A DNA stretch of 34,391 nt from Octopus sinensis (Eukaryota). Position 1 is the first letter of the stretch, and the number at the start of each line of letters is the position of its first letter. The notes beneath the pieces were generated by a model that saw only the letters and a program-made list of their open reading frames with translations, did not search any database and had not been told where the DNA came from. The DNA lies in assembly GCF_006345805.1 (NCBI RefSeq), contig NW_021831740.1, forward strand, positions 1-34,391, given 5' to 3'. Position numbers and translations under genes: made by a program. Of the stretch, positions 9,647 through 20,039 are shown one piece after another.

Positions 9647-9811
9647 GCCCGAGATATACAATATACATAGAGCGAAGAAACCATTCTCGATGCACTCATC
9701 CAGCATCAGACCATCGCTGGCTTTTGGAATTATGTCATACAACTATTGAGATAGCTTGATTTAGCCGTCAGCCAAGATCGTCTTGAAGATGACATTGCAG
9801 TCAGCCCTTGA

Positions 9812-10400
9812 CCGTTGCCTCCGCCACCGCCTCCTCCTCCGCCGCCGCCTCCTCCACCGCTACCGCCGCCACTGCCACCACCATCACCGCCGCCGCTGCC
9901 GCCGCTACTACTGCTGCTGCCAACGCTGCTATCACCGTAACTAGTGCTACCGCCGGGCTTGCCACCACCACCTCCGCCGTCGTCAGCACCAGTCTCATCG
10001 TCTTACCCCTCCCCTTTCTTCTTCTTCTTCTTCTTCTTCTCCTTCTCCTTTTTCTCCTCTTCCCCCCTCCTCCTCCGCCCCTTCATCTTCCTCTTCCTTT
10101 TCGTTCTCCTCTTCTTCCTCTTTCTTTTCGTTCACCTCTTCTTCCTCTTCCTTTTCGTTCTCCTCTACTTCCTCTTCCTCTTCCTTTTCGTTCTCCTCTT
10201 CTTCCTCTTTCATTTCATTCACCTCTACTTCCTCTTCCTTTTCGTTCTCCTTTCCTTCCTCTTCCTTTTCGTTCTCCTCTCCTTCATCTTCCTTTTCGTT
10301 CACCTCTTCCTTCCTCTTTCTTTTCATTCACCTCTTCTTCCTCTTCCTTTCGTTCTCCTCTCTCTACCCCTTTCCTCTTCCTCCTCCTCTGCTCTCTTCA
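9812..10400. repeat. Low-complexity tract: GCC/ACC/GCT triplets, then polypyrimidine with a ~27-bp unit
   Basis: The unit CTTCCTCTTCCTTTTCGTTCWCCTCT recurs about 8 times. It explains the poly-Ala, poly-Phe and poly-Glu ORFs. Confidence 0.9.
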
Positions 10401-11102
10401 TTTGGAACAGTTGTGAGACTGCAGCAGTGTCGTACAGTTTGTATTTTCCTTACCAATATCATTTATTCTTCTTATTCTTTTTGTCTTTACAACCGTATTT
10501 CTGTTGTTTGACATTAGTTATAAACCACCAACTCGTGTTTTCTTTCTTTGCTCTTTGATGCTGGCTTTTGTCGCTAATTTAATAGTTGTGTATCTCCATA
10601 ACCCAAAAGAATTATCATTCCTATCTATTTATTTATTTATTTATTTTCAGCAAAGATGCAATAGTGCTTATTGATTTCGTCACTTTAAAGAAATGGCTGC
10701 TTAAAGAACTGATTAGTTATTACTAAAATCGTATGAATAAACAGTTTACTGTCAGAACCAATTTTACTTAGATTTCTCTGCCAATCTTAGAACGATTAAA
10801 GATTATTGTTTTCGTGTTCTTCACGAGGAAAAGGTACAAACTATGACCTATTATTGAGAAACCTTTAGCATCTTTCAGTCCAGTAGGTGTTTTTAACGAA
10901 GTTTTCCCAATCGAGTACGAGACCGTAGTTCATTTTGTACCGGGCTACGTAGAAAGAATATATTTTGAAATGTTATTTCTTTTGTATTTACTTTATACAG
11001 TCTTCAGGGTCTTTTGCATAATAAATGTATTGTATATGTAATAATTAAATTACACTGTGTAACACGATCTTTTCCTCTGGTATCAACTGTTATTTTCTAT
11101 GT

Positions 11103-11462
11103 GTGGAGGCGCAATGGCCCAGTGGTTAGGGCAGCGGACTCGCGGTCGTAGGATCGCGGTTTCGATTCCCAGACTGGGCGTTGTGAGTGTTTATTGAGCA
11201 AAAACACCTAAAAGCTCCAGAAGGCTCCGGCAGGGATGGTGGTGATCCCTGCTGTACTCTTTCACCACAACTTTCTCTCACTCTTACTTCCTGTTTCTGT
11301 TGTACCTGTATTTCAAAGGGCCGGCCTTGTCACTCTCTGTGTCACGCTGAATATCCCCGAGAACTACGTTAAGGGTACACGTGTCTGTTAATTTCACGAG
11401 CAGGCTGTTCCGCTGATCGGATCAACCGGAACCCTCATCGTCGTAACCGACGGAGTGCTTCC
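11103..11462 (+). mobile_element. tRNA-derived SINE, family A, with a 23-bp internal deletion and a ~104-bp flanking direct repeat
   Basis: Aligns to 8215-8605 and lacks GGAGTTCTCAGCCACTTACACGT. Flanked by the direct repeat 10997-11100 / 11463-11566. Confidence 0.92.
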
Positions 11463-12229
11463 ACAGTCTTCAGAGTCTTTTGCATAATAGATGTATTTTA
11501 TATGTAATAATTAAATTACACTGTGTAACACGATCTTTTCCTCTGGCAGCAACTGTTATTTTCTATTTGCTTACACCTAGGAAGTATGAAAAATTACGAA
11601 GATTTCCTTCATTCTTTGCTTTTGTTACATTTATTCAAACCCCCAAAGAATCCCTCTCAACACATGGCTACGATGCTCCACCACTACTCCTGATCAGAGA
11701 TGCACTTATTGCCAGCCACCAAGAGACATGCTCAAGTGGTTACGGTCAAGCAAATGACGAGCAAATCCATGTTATTGAGCAGAATGTTTGCTATAAATTC
11801 TGCTTCAGAAACTCAGTATTGAATCTGAAGTGCGATGGAAATTAATGTCAGTTTCAAAACATTGATGTTCAGGTCACGAACGCAAAGTTTGAAGGGAATA
11901 GTAGTCATTTCTATTGATTTCTAGATCGAAGCAAATAGGAAATAACACTTACTGACCAAAGAGAAACAAAAATAAAAATCTTGTTGCACAGTATTATCTA
12001 TTATGCACTTTATTGTATTTTGTTATGATCTCCGAAGCGTGGTAAAATTGTTTCGCATGAAACCGACCTGTGGCGCAATAAAAAGTTGAGATTCGCTGCT
12101 ATACGCTGTTATCTATAAATTTACCTATTTTGAGATCCTGCAATAAGAAATAATATATTCCGTTTCGAAGTTTCTAAATTCTTGTGCATAACAGATTTTT
12201 ATTCAGCGGGGCAGCTAATTGCAACACCA

Positions 12230-13460
12230 GTGAGTTTTCAATCACTGTTTTCCTATATGAGTAGCATCGGATTATGTCTTGGCATGCGGTTGTCAGTGGG
12301 TAAATAAATGCTACTGACAAAGCCCAACAAGGCAGAAATGCACATCTAACATTCTCATCGCCGCTGCTGTACGAATTTTCCTCTCCTACTGATATATTTG
12401 TGTTTTTAAACACAGTACGTCTATACGACATATCTCCGGCGAATAGCAGTTTCACAGATTGCAGTTTCACTTAACACTGCTTCTGTCACACGTAAGGGAT
12501 TCTTTTTGGATATTCTCATAAGCAGGCGCAAGCGTAGCTGTGTGGTAAGAAGCTTGCTTCACAATCATATGTGTGTGTGTATGTATGTGTGAGTGTATGT
12601 ATGTGTGTGTGTGTGTGTGTGTGTGTATTTGTGTTTGTCTCCCACCACTGCTTGACAATCAGTGTTGGTGTGGTTGCGTCTCGTAACTTAGTGGTTCAGC
12701 AAAAAAGGCCGATAAAATAAGTACTAGTCTTTAAAAAAGATTGAATATTGGGGTCAATTTATTCGACTAAAAATTCCTCAATGCGGTGCTCCAGCATGGC
12801 GGCAGTCAATGAATGAAGCAAATAAAATGTAAAAGGCAAAAGCGACTTATATTTTTGACATCTTGTCATATCTTGGTGTCTGGTCTTAGCATCTTGTTTC
12901 GTTTGACCCTTCCGTACAAACTCTTTAAACAGTTTCCTTCTATTATTGTCATTAAACCATCTTCCTCAGACATTGTTGGTTCATTTTTCTTTGGTTAATT
13001 TCCTTGGATTCCATCTTTAGACGACGACCAAACAAATTATCTGGGAGGGGGTGAATGCCACTTCTACGATTCTACCGCATATATCAATCCCAATTAAAGA
13101 GTGATACTTATTTTTAATCAACATCGAATGGAAAATAAAAAATAAAGATATACACTCGATTTGGCTGGAGATTTAAGCTCAGAAAGCAACATATCCCTGC
13201 TTAACATCACAAAACAGTCCTTCTCAGGTGCTCCGCCAATTTTAACCATACTTTGTAGTATCACAAATTTAAGTGTTCGAAATATCAATATCAGGAGTAT
13301 TGCCACAATTCTTATAATGATACTTCCATTTTTACATCACAACTAGTTCATCAATTATCACAGCTTATATCTTATTTATTGCAAACCTTAATATCCGTTA
13401 ATGTTTTTATCTACGCCATTGTATCGCTATTTTTCCTGTCGGTTCTATGATACCATCATG
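12230..13460 (-). mobile_element. Possible ancient piggyBac-like transposase relic, split by a SINE
   Basis: Weak motifs appear in piggyBac order on the minus strand across frameshifts: GI(I/R)TDRK (~13440), KDCFVMLS (~13210), YHSLIGID (~13100), KW, NNV(W) (~12975), and RCAFCLVGLCQxH (~12300-12345). Confidence 0.35.
12524..12836 (+). mobile_element. tRNA-derived SINE, family B, missing the B-box/central segment
   Basis: Head GGCGCAAGCGTAGCTGTGTGGTAAGAAGCTTGC joins directly to the TG microsatellite. The 3' half aligns to 6830-7020. Confidence 0.85.
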
Positions 13461-13619
13461 TGAATTCTAGAGTTTATTGATTCCTTATTTACACACTCAA
13501 TGTTCTGCCAATATCAGCTTTTGTCATCTATATTACACAGAATGCATCGTTGTTTTTCTATTGTTTTGTTGATTTGTTTACAATCTGCAAACTTGACACT
13601 CAATTTGGATATATGTTAT

Positions 13620-14360
13620 GCGTATGCGTACATGTGAATTTTTATGTGCGTAGTAATACGTGTGTTTGAATTTTTCTGTGTTTCTCTGTGTGTATCATTG
13701 CGTGCTTTTGAATTTGTGTGTGTCTCAGTGTGTGTGTGTGTGTGTACAAAGATGTACGAACGAATTCTTGTACGTCTCTGTGTGCGTATGAATATGTGGA
13801 GTGAATCTGTAATCGTCCCTGCGTGTATTGTGTGTATATAAATCTATATCTGTCTAGGTGCGTATTAATATGTGCAAGTGATTCTCTGTATATCTCTGTG
13901 ATTCTATTCAAGAGTGAATCTCTGTGTCTATATACGTATTAACGTATATGATTGCAACTCTATGTATCTGTGTGTATATTAATGTTTGCGAGTGAATCTG
14001 TGTATATCAGTGTATGTATTAAAGCGTGCAAGTGAATCTCCATGTTTCCATGTGTATATTAACATATGCAAATGAGTCTCTATGTACATCTGTGTATGTA
14101 TTAACATGTGCAAATGACTCTGTATGTGTCTATGTGTATATTAATGCATATGTATTAGTGTGTGTTTGCATGTATATTAGTGTGTACGATTGTGTTTATA
14201 TTATATTATGTGCTGTGTGCGAATATTAGTGTATGCTTGTGTGAGTGCATATGTGTGCGTGAACGTGTGTGTATTGGTGTGTACTGTGTAAATATTTGAG
14301 CGTATGTTAGTGTGAAGGGTTATGTATGCATATGTGTGTAGGTGTTTGTGTATACTTGTG
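13620..14360. repeat. Degenerate TG/TA-rich low-complexity tract
   Basis: Seen directly. Confidence 0.8.
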
Positions 14361-14491
14361 TGTACGAGGTTGGCATAGGGCAAAGAACGGGCACCTTCTA
14401 CGTCGTATACAACCCACCTTAAGAATACGTGGATATGTAGTGAATTGCCACGGAAAGACATTGGTCAGACGGTCGAATAGCGGTACATTGA

Positions 14492-14645
14492 TGGTCAATT
14501 AGCATAGTTAGTAGAGCGTCAGATAGCTTGCTTAATGGTAATCCCCCCCCCCGGCTTCTTGCACTCTGAGTTCAAATCCCATCGACGTGAACTTTACTCA
14601 TATATCCTTATGGGGTCGATAAATAAAGTAATTTACCTGTACTGG
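14492..14645 (+). mobile_element. Old, diverged family C-like SINE fragment
   Basis: CTGAGTTCAAATCCC B-box and GGGGTCGATAAATAAAGTA match the family C body. Confidence 0.6.
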
Positions 14646-14683
14646 ATTTTTTCATATCTTTCTCTAACTTCCTTTTCTGTCAG

Positions 14684-14809
14684 TGTGTTTTTTCTCCTTC
14701 TGGAAGAAATTGACTGGGCTCCACCTAGTTTAAAATACCCAGCATGCACCGTATATTACGACGGTGCACCTACGGCTCCCTCAAGCAGTTCAGAGACCAT
14801 GGGATGTAG
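14684..14809 (+). other. Candidate internal or first-coding exon of an unidentified plus-strand gene
   Basis: Branch-point-like CTAAC (14664-14668), a polypyrimidine tract and CAG ending at 14683. Donors AG|GTAGGT (after 14809) and AG|GTAAGT (after 14813). One frame is open, and ACCATGG lies at 14796-14802. Confidence 0.35.
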
Positions 14810-14961
14810 GTAGGTAAGTATTGCGTACGTAGGTATGTATATATGTACGAATGATGTACTGAGATCTAGATAGATAGACAGACAGACAGATAAACAAACA
14901 GACAGATATATATACATACATGATTTATATATATATACATACATTACGTGTATATATATAT

Positions 14962-14963
<2 letters not shown>

Positions 14964-15001
<38 letters not shown>

Positions 15002-15051
15002 GATAGATAGATAGATAAACAGATAGACAGACAGACAGATAATTAGATAAT

Positions 15052-15085
<34 letters not shown>

Positions 15086-15122
15086 TAGATAGATAGATAG
15101 ATAGATAGATATGTAGATAGAT
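14964..15122. repeat. (GA)n plus (GATA/GACA)n microsatellites
   Basis: Seen directly. Confidence 0.95.
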
Positions 15123-15434
15123 ATGCTTTGTTTACCAAGATATGGAAACGCTGATGTACAATTTGATAGTTATAAACACATACAGACACACACACGGGCG
15201 CATACATATAGTTACATCCAAATATATGTACATATATACAATATCAAAAGTACCTCACTTCCTTTCTAAAACCAAAAATCCTGGTGTGATCACAAAAACA
15301 CCATCAAAATTGCACATGAGAAGCACCACCGATAAACTCTTTCATGTCTCTCTAGAAGAGCTGCCAATTTACAGCAATGAATTTCGGTAAATAAATATTC
15401 CGACAACAGTTCCTTGGTTTTTGTTTTTTGAGAC

Positions 15435-15556
<122 letters not shown>

Positions 15557-15896
15557 GCTTCACGTATTGGCGACAGTAACAACAACTACAGACAATAACA
15601 ACCAGAAAGAAAAGAAAGATTAACATTTGAAGGCCGGATGCCGCGTAACTTCAAACAGGATAATAAAGACAGCAGCGATAGAAGAAGAAAAAGAACAGGC
15701 AGTGGCAGCAACGGGCAGTTTTTGTAGAATCGATCAAGTAATCTATAAATAGATTCAATAGAGGTTCAATATACTTTTCTTTGTCTTGTGTTCTTCAGTA
15801 ATATCAAAACATTTCTGTCTTACGTTGGGCTTTCCATCTTTGTTTAGAATTTCTCATCCTTTTCCCGATAAGAAAATGTATATAATGTATACATAT

Positions 15897-16296
15897 GGGT
15901 GCGGGAGTGGCTGTGTGGTAAGTAGCTTGCTTACCAACCGCATAGTTCCGGGTTCAGTCCCACTGCGTGGCACCTTGAACAAGTGTCTTCTGCTATAGCC
16001 TCGGGCCGACCAAAATCTTGTGAGTGAATTTGGTAGACGGAAACTGAAAGAAGCCCGTCGCATATGTGTATATGTATATGTGTGTGTCTGTGTTTGCCCC
16101 CTCCCCCCCCCCCAGCATCGCTTGACAACCAATGCTAGTGTGTTTACGTCCCCGTAACTTAGCGGTTCGGCAAAACAGACTGATTGAATAAGTACTGGGC
16201 TTACCAAGAATACGTCCTGGAGTCGATTAAAGGCGGTGCTCCAGCATGGCCGCAGTCAAATGACTGAAACAAGTAAAAAAGTAAAAGAGTAAAGAG
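15897..16296 (+). mobile_element. tRNA-derived SINE, family B, full length
   Basis: Aligns end to end with 6625-7030. Confidence 0.92.
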
Positions 16297-16333
16297 CATG
16301 TAACGTAATGTAACGTGAGCAGATGTATGTAAA

Positions 16334-16528
16334 TACATGGGTGTGCTGAAAAGTTCATAGCTTTAAGGGTCCCGCGAAAGGCCTGGTTGGAGGTCCAGCC
16401 TTCAGAGTTCTTTTATAAGGCTGAAAGTGTGCTGCAATACGTGAATATGTTGAATAAAATCACAATTAACTGATCCACCTGTATTTTCTTTTACCCAAAC
16501 CAGGAACTTTTCAACACTCCCTCGTGTA
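16334..16528 (+). mobile_element. Mariner-type MITE with ~28-bp imperfect TIRs
   Basis: Left end GGGTGTGCTGAAAAGTTCATAGC and right end CCAGGAACTTTTCAACACTCCCTCGT, with TA at the ends. Confidence 0.85.
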
Positions 16529-16562
16529 TATGACAATGTAAGCAATGTATTGGGAGGTAAGT

Positions 16563-16932
16563 CTCTTCGGCCTCCGTCGGTCATGGCTGACCATGGATGA
16601 TGTCATCCGTCCGTTGAGTTGTCTATTCAGTTTTTGCAACGCCTCCCTGTGGCTGTAGAGATCGATACGAGAGTGGCAGTTTGCAGAGGTCACACCTATA
16701 CGTTGAATCCGGTCTGTTGGCTGTCATCTCTTTTCTGCGGGCTCGGTTTTCAGCTGTCGCCACCCTCAAATTCTCCTCGCCGGTCTGCAGTTGTTTGTGA
16801 AGAGTGCCTCTTCAGCTAGTTCGGTCGGCTGCGGGATCCTCCCAGGAATTGGTGTTGATGCCAAGTGTCTTCATGTCCCTCCTAAAGAGAGAAGAAACAT
16901 TGGCTGCCCGAAGCTGAGGTACAGGGTCGAGT
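16563..16932 (-). mobile_element. RTE-clade LINE 3' end, 5'-truncated with a short 5' inversion and a 9-bp TSD
   Basis: Minus strand from 16883 reads RRDMKTLGINTNSWEDPAADRTS*RGTLHKQLQTGEE...RARRKE...YRCDLC-(fs)-CHSRIDLYSH, an RTE C-terminus with a zinc-finger-like motif. TSD GAGGTAAGT at 16554-16562 and 16933-16941. Confidence 0.9.
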
Positions 16933-16975
16933 GAGGTAAGTAATGTATGACATATAATGTAACATATGTATTCAA

Positions 16976-17076
16976 AATATGTAATGTATGCAAAATATGT
17001 AATGTATGCAATATATGTAATGTATGCAAAATATGTAATGTATGCAATATATGTAATGTATGCAAAATATGTAATG
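16976..17076. repeat. 18-bp minisatellite with alternating A/T variants (36-bp higher-order unit)
   Basis: ATATGTAATGTATGCAA(A/T) occurs about 5.5 times. Confidence 0.92.
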
Positions 17077-17589
17077 TTCGTTAATGTGATGTTTGTAATG
17101 CATGTAATCTATGCAATATATGGAATGTGTGTAATGTAATTTGATATAAGTTAATGTATGTCTGTTTAGCTAATAGAATCTAATGTATGCGATGTTAGCA
17201 ATATATTTAATGTATGTCATGAACGTAATGTATGCAATTTATGCAAAATATGTATATAATGTATGTAAACGTGTGTATTGTATTTATGTACAATTTTTGT
17301 CTGGTTCCCAAAACATCAAGTGCCAAAAATGAACTTTCTTATCTTCCATCTTAAAGGGTTCGTTACAGAATCAACACAGGTTATAGGAACATAAATCTTC
17401 TTCCACGAAAAGATAGCTTAAATTGTGCTCTAAATGGAGGTGTAGTCAAATCCTATTTTAAGGACTCAACCATGTTCTAAAATAAGTCGAAAGGTAAGCT
17501 ACTATAAATCGGCACGAACTTTCCGAACAGCCCATTACAACGTAATTTCGTTGAAACTGAATTTTGGATATGTGGTTGGTTTGTTTCTA

Positions 17590-18220
17590 TAGCTATAATG
17601 TGCATGTTTGTCTGTTTGTGTGTGCGTATGGTTTTCTGTGTTTTTATTAAGCGTGTTTCTATGTGTTTCCATGTATGTGTATGTGTGTATGTGTGTGCAT
17701 GTGTTTCTGTTCTTTGTAAGTGCTTGTGTATATGCATGTTAGTATGTATGTCTGTGTGATTGTGTTTTTGTTAAGCGTGTTTGTATGTGTTTCTGTGTAT
17801 GTGTATATGTGTGTGTATGTGTGTACATGTGTGTGTATGTATTTCTATTGTATGCATCTGATTGTGTATGAGTGTATGTTTGTGGGATTATGTGTACCTA
17901 TGTACATGTGTGTGTTTATGATTGCGTATCCATGTGGGTTTATATGTGTGTAATTGTGTATGCGTGTGTACGCATGTATGTATGCGTGCGTATATGCTTG
18001 TGTATGCGTGTATGTATTTGTGTGTTTCTGCGTGTATTTGTGTGCATGTTTGTGTATGACTTACTATATGTGTGTGTCTGTATGCTATGATCACTGTGTT
18101 AAATTATGTGTTAAATGTGTGTGATTGCATGTGTTTTGGTGAGTGTACCTCTGTGATTATGTCTGCATGTATGTGTACGTATATCTGTGCTTGCATATGT
18201 GCTTGCATATGTATGTGTAT
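17590..18220. repeat. Degenerate TG-rich low-complexity tract
   Basis: Seen directly. Confidence 0.8.
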
Positions 18221-18249
18221 TAATTAATTTCGATTGGATAAAAACCTGT

Positions 18250-18440
18250 GAACTTGCAGAATCATTAAAGCGGTATACATATTCTGACTCTACATTCTGG
18301 GTTCAAACCCCAATGGGGTCAGTTTATATTTCATTCTTCCGATGTCCAAAAGATTAGGCACCAGTCAAAAACTGGGGTCGATTCAATCAACTAACCCATA
18401 CCACCAAAATTGTTGAACTTGTGCTTAAATTCGAAACCAT
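18250..18440 (+). mobile_element. Old, diverged family C-like SINE
   Basis: TTGCAGAATCATTA head, CTGGGTTCAAACCCC B-box and CTGGGGTCGATTCAATCAACT body. Confidence 0.65.
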
Positions 18441-18803
18441 TAATTCATTAATTTCTACTGGATATTTCCTAGAATAGAAATAAAATCAAAAATATCTCAA
18501 ACTACATTCAACAGCTTTCAGAAAGGAAGGACACTTGATAAGGAGTTTTTATTTTGAAAAAGAAAGCGGAGAAGGTCGTGACTGAAATTCCTTTGACTAC
18601 AAGCGTAACTACGGAGGTCCTGTTTAAAACACCTTGCAGGATTTTGAAATGAGATTTGACGCCCTAAACTAAAATTCAAGCGATATTTTATAAGATACTT
18701 TTTAATGATAGGATTAATGAAATTAATACCAGTAATATACTGGGTTCAATTCAGTTAAATATATTCATCCCTTGCAAATGGAGAAACCATTCGTTATGAA
18801 GTT

Positions 18804-19015
18804 GGTAATTGGCAGAATCATTAGGACGCTGGGTAAAATGCTTAGCGGCATTTCGTCCGTCCTTATATTCTGAGTTCAAATTCCGCCAAGGTCAACTTTG
18901 TCTTTCATCCTTTCGGGGTCGATGAAATAAGTACCAGGTGAGCACTAGAATCGATGTAATAGACTGACTCACTCACCCAAGTTTCAGGCCTTGTGGCTAT
19001 TGTATAAAGGATTAT
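18804..19015 (+). mobile_element. Family C SINE
   Basis: TTGGCAGAATCATTAG...GCTTAGCGGCATTTCG...CTGAGTTCAAATTCCGCC...GGGGTCGATGAAATAAGTACCAG. Confidence 0.85.
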
Positions 19016-19039
19016 CATGATCGTTGTTATTAGATTCAT

Positions 19040-19256
19040 ATCGATTTCAAATTTGGTACAAAACCAAGAAGCTCAAGGGTGGGAGATAAATCGATTACTC
19101 CAATCCCAGTGTTCAACTGGTACTTATTTTATCGACCTCGAAAACACGAAAGGCAAAGTCGACCTCGGTGGAATTTGAACTCAGAACGTAAAGTCGGACG
19201 AAATGCTCCTAAGCATTTTGTCTGGCGTGCTAACGATTCCGCCAGTTCGCCGCCTT
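19040..19256 (-). mobile_element. Family C SINE, inverted relative to 18804-19015
   Basis: CTGGTACTTATTTTATCGACC...GGAATTTGAACTCAGAACGTA...GCCAGTTCGCC matches 6127-6355. Confidence 0.88.
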
Positions 19257-19715
19257 GTTGGGTATATTCATATCATTGTTAATCCAGTATTGTTTTGTAT
19301 CACTGAGAAATAGTATTGTTGTTGCTGTTGCTGTTTGATGTGAGTAGACAAGCTAAAACGGATCTCCTGAAAGACTTGAAATTTTACCAAGTTCTAATGG
19401 TAGAAAATGGTATTGGGTATTGGATCAATTTGTCAAAGAAAGGATTTGAAACGTTTTTGTCTCACCTTCAAGTAAACTTGCGGTATAAAAATTGAGATTT
19501 ACCTTGGCGCATTTTAAGATTTTTATATTTTGTCAAAATGGATTATTTTAGTACAGGAAAGTTAAGAGGTGCTCGTTGTAGTCATAGAAATACTTTGTGA
19601 AATGATATGTCTATCAATATTTTATGAAATCCTCCGAAAATTCTGAATTATATATGCAACACAGTACCACACATACTTACGTGTGCGTGCACATATAATA
19701 AATAAATAAATAAAT

Positions 19716-19962
19716 GCGCCCTTTTAAAGCCTAGCCAGACTCATGGGCCCGGTTTCCCGGTTTCTATGGCGTATGTGTTCCCCAGCTGGACGGGACGCCA
19801 GTCCATCGCAGCGTTGCTCATTTTTGCCAGCTGAGTGGACTGTAGCAACGTGAAATGAAGTGTTTTGCTCAAGAACACAACGCGTCGCCCGGCCCAAGAA
19901 TCGAAACCACAGTCTTACGATCATGATGCTGACACCCTAACCCCTAAGTCACGCGCCTCCAC
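19716..19962 (-). mobile_element. tRNA-derived SINE, family E (GTGGAGGCGCGTGACTTAG head, CORE-like body)
   Basis: B-box GGTTTCGATTCT and body TTCTTGAGCAAAACACTTCATTTCACGTTGC, which resembles CORE-type SINE domains. Its tail is shared with the SINE at 21283-21570, and a (TTTA)n run adjoins the tail. Confidence 0.82.
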
Positions 19963-20039
19963 ACATAAAATCAAACAGTTTAACAAAAATCACAGAAATA
20001 CGTGCAACATACATAACATTTCAAACGAAAACATTTCAA

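Noticed and set aside
9808-10558. 202- and 204-aa ORFs (Ala/Thr-rich, then RSPLLPLPF repeats)
   Set aside because: Open in several frames and on both strands because the low-complexity sequence lacks stops. No domain or splice support.
11632-11792. Possible further fragment of the same family as 535-793
   Set aside because: The two pieces do not overlap, so the link rests on memory only and cannot be shown from this window.
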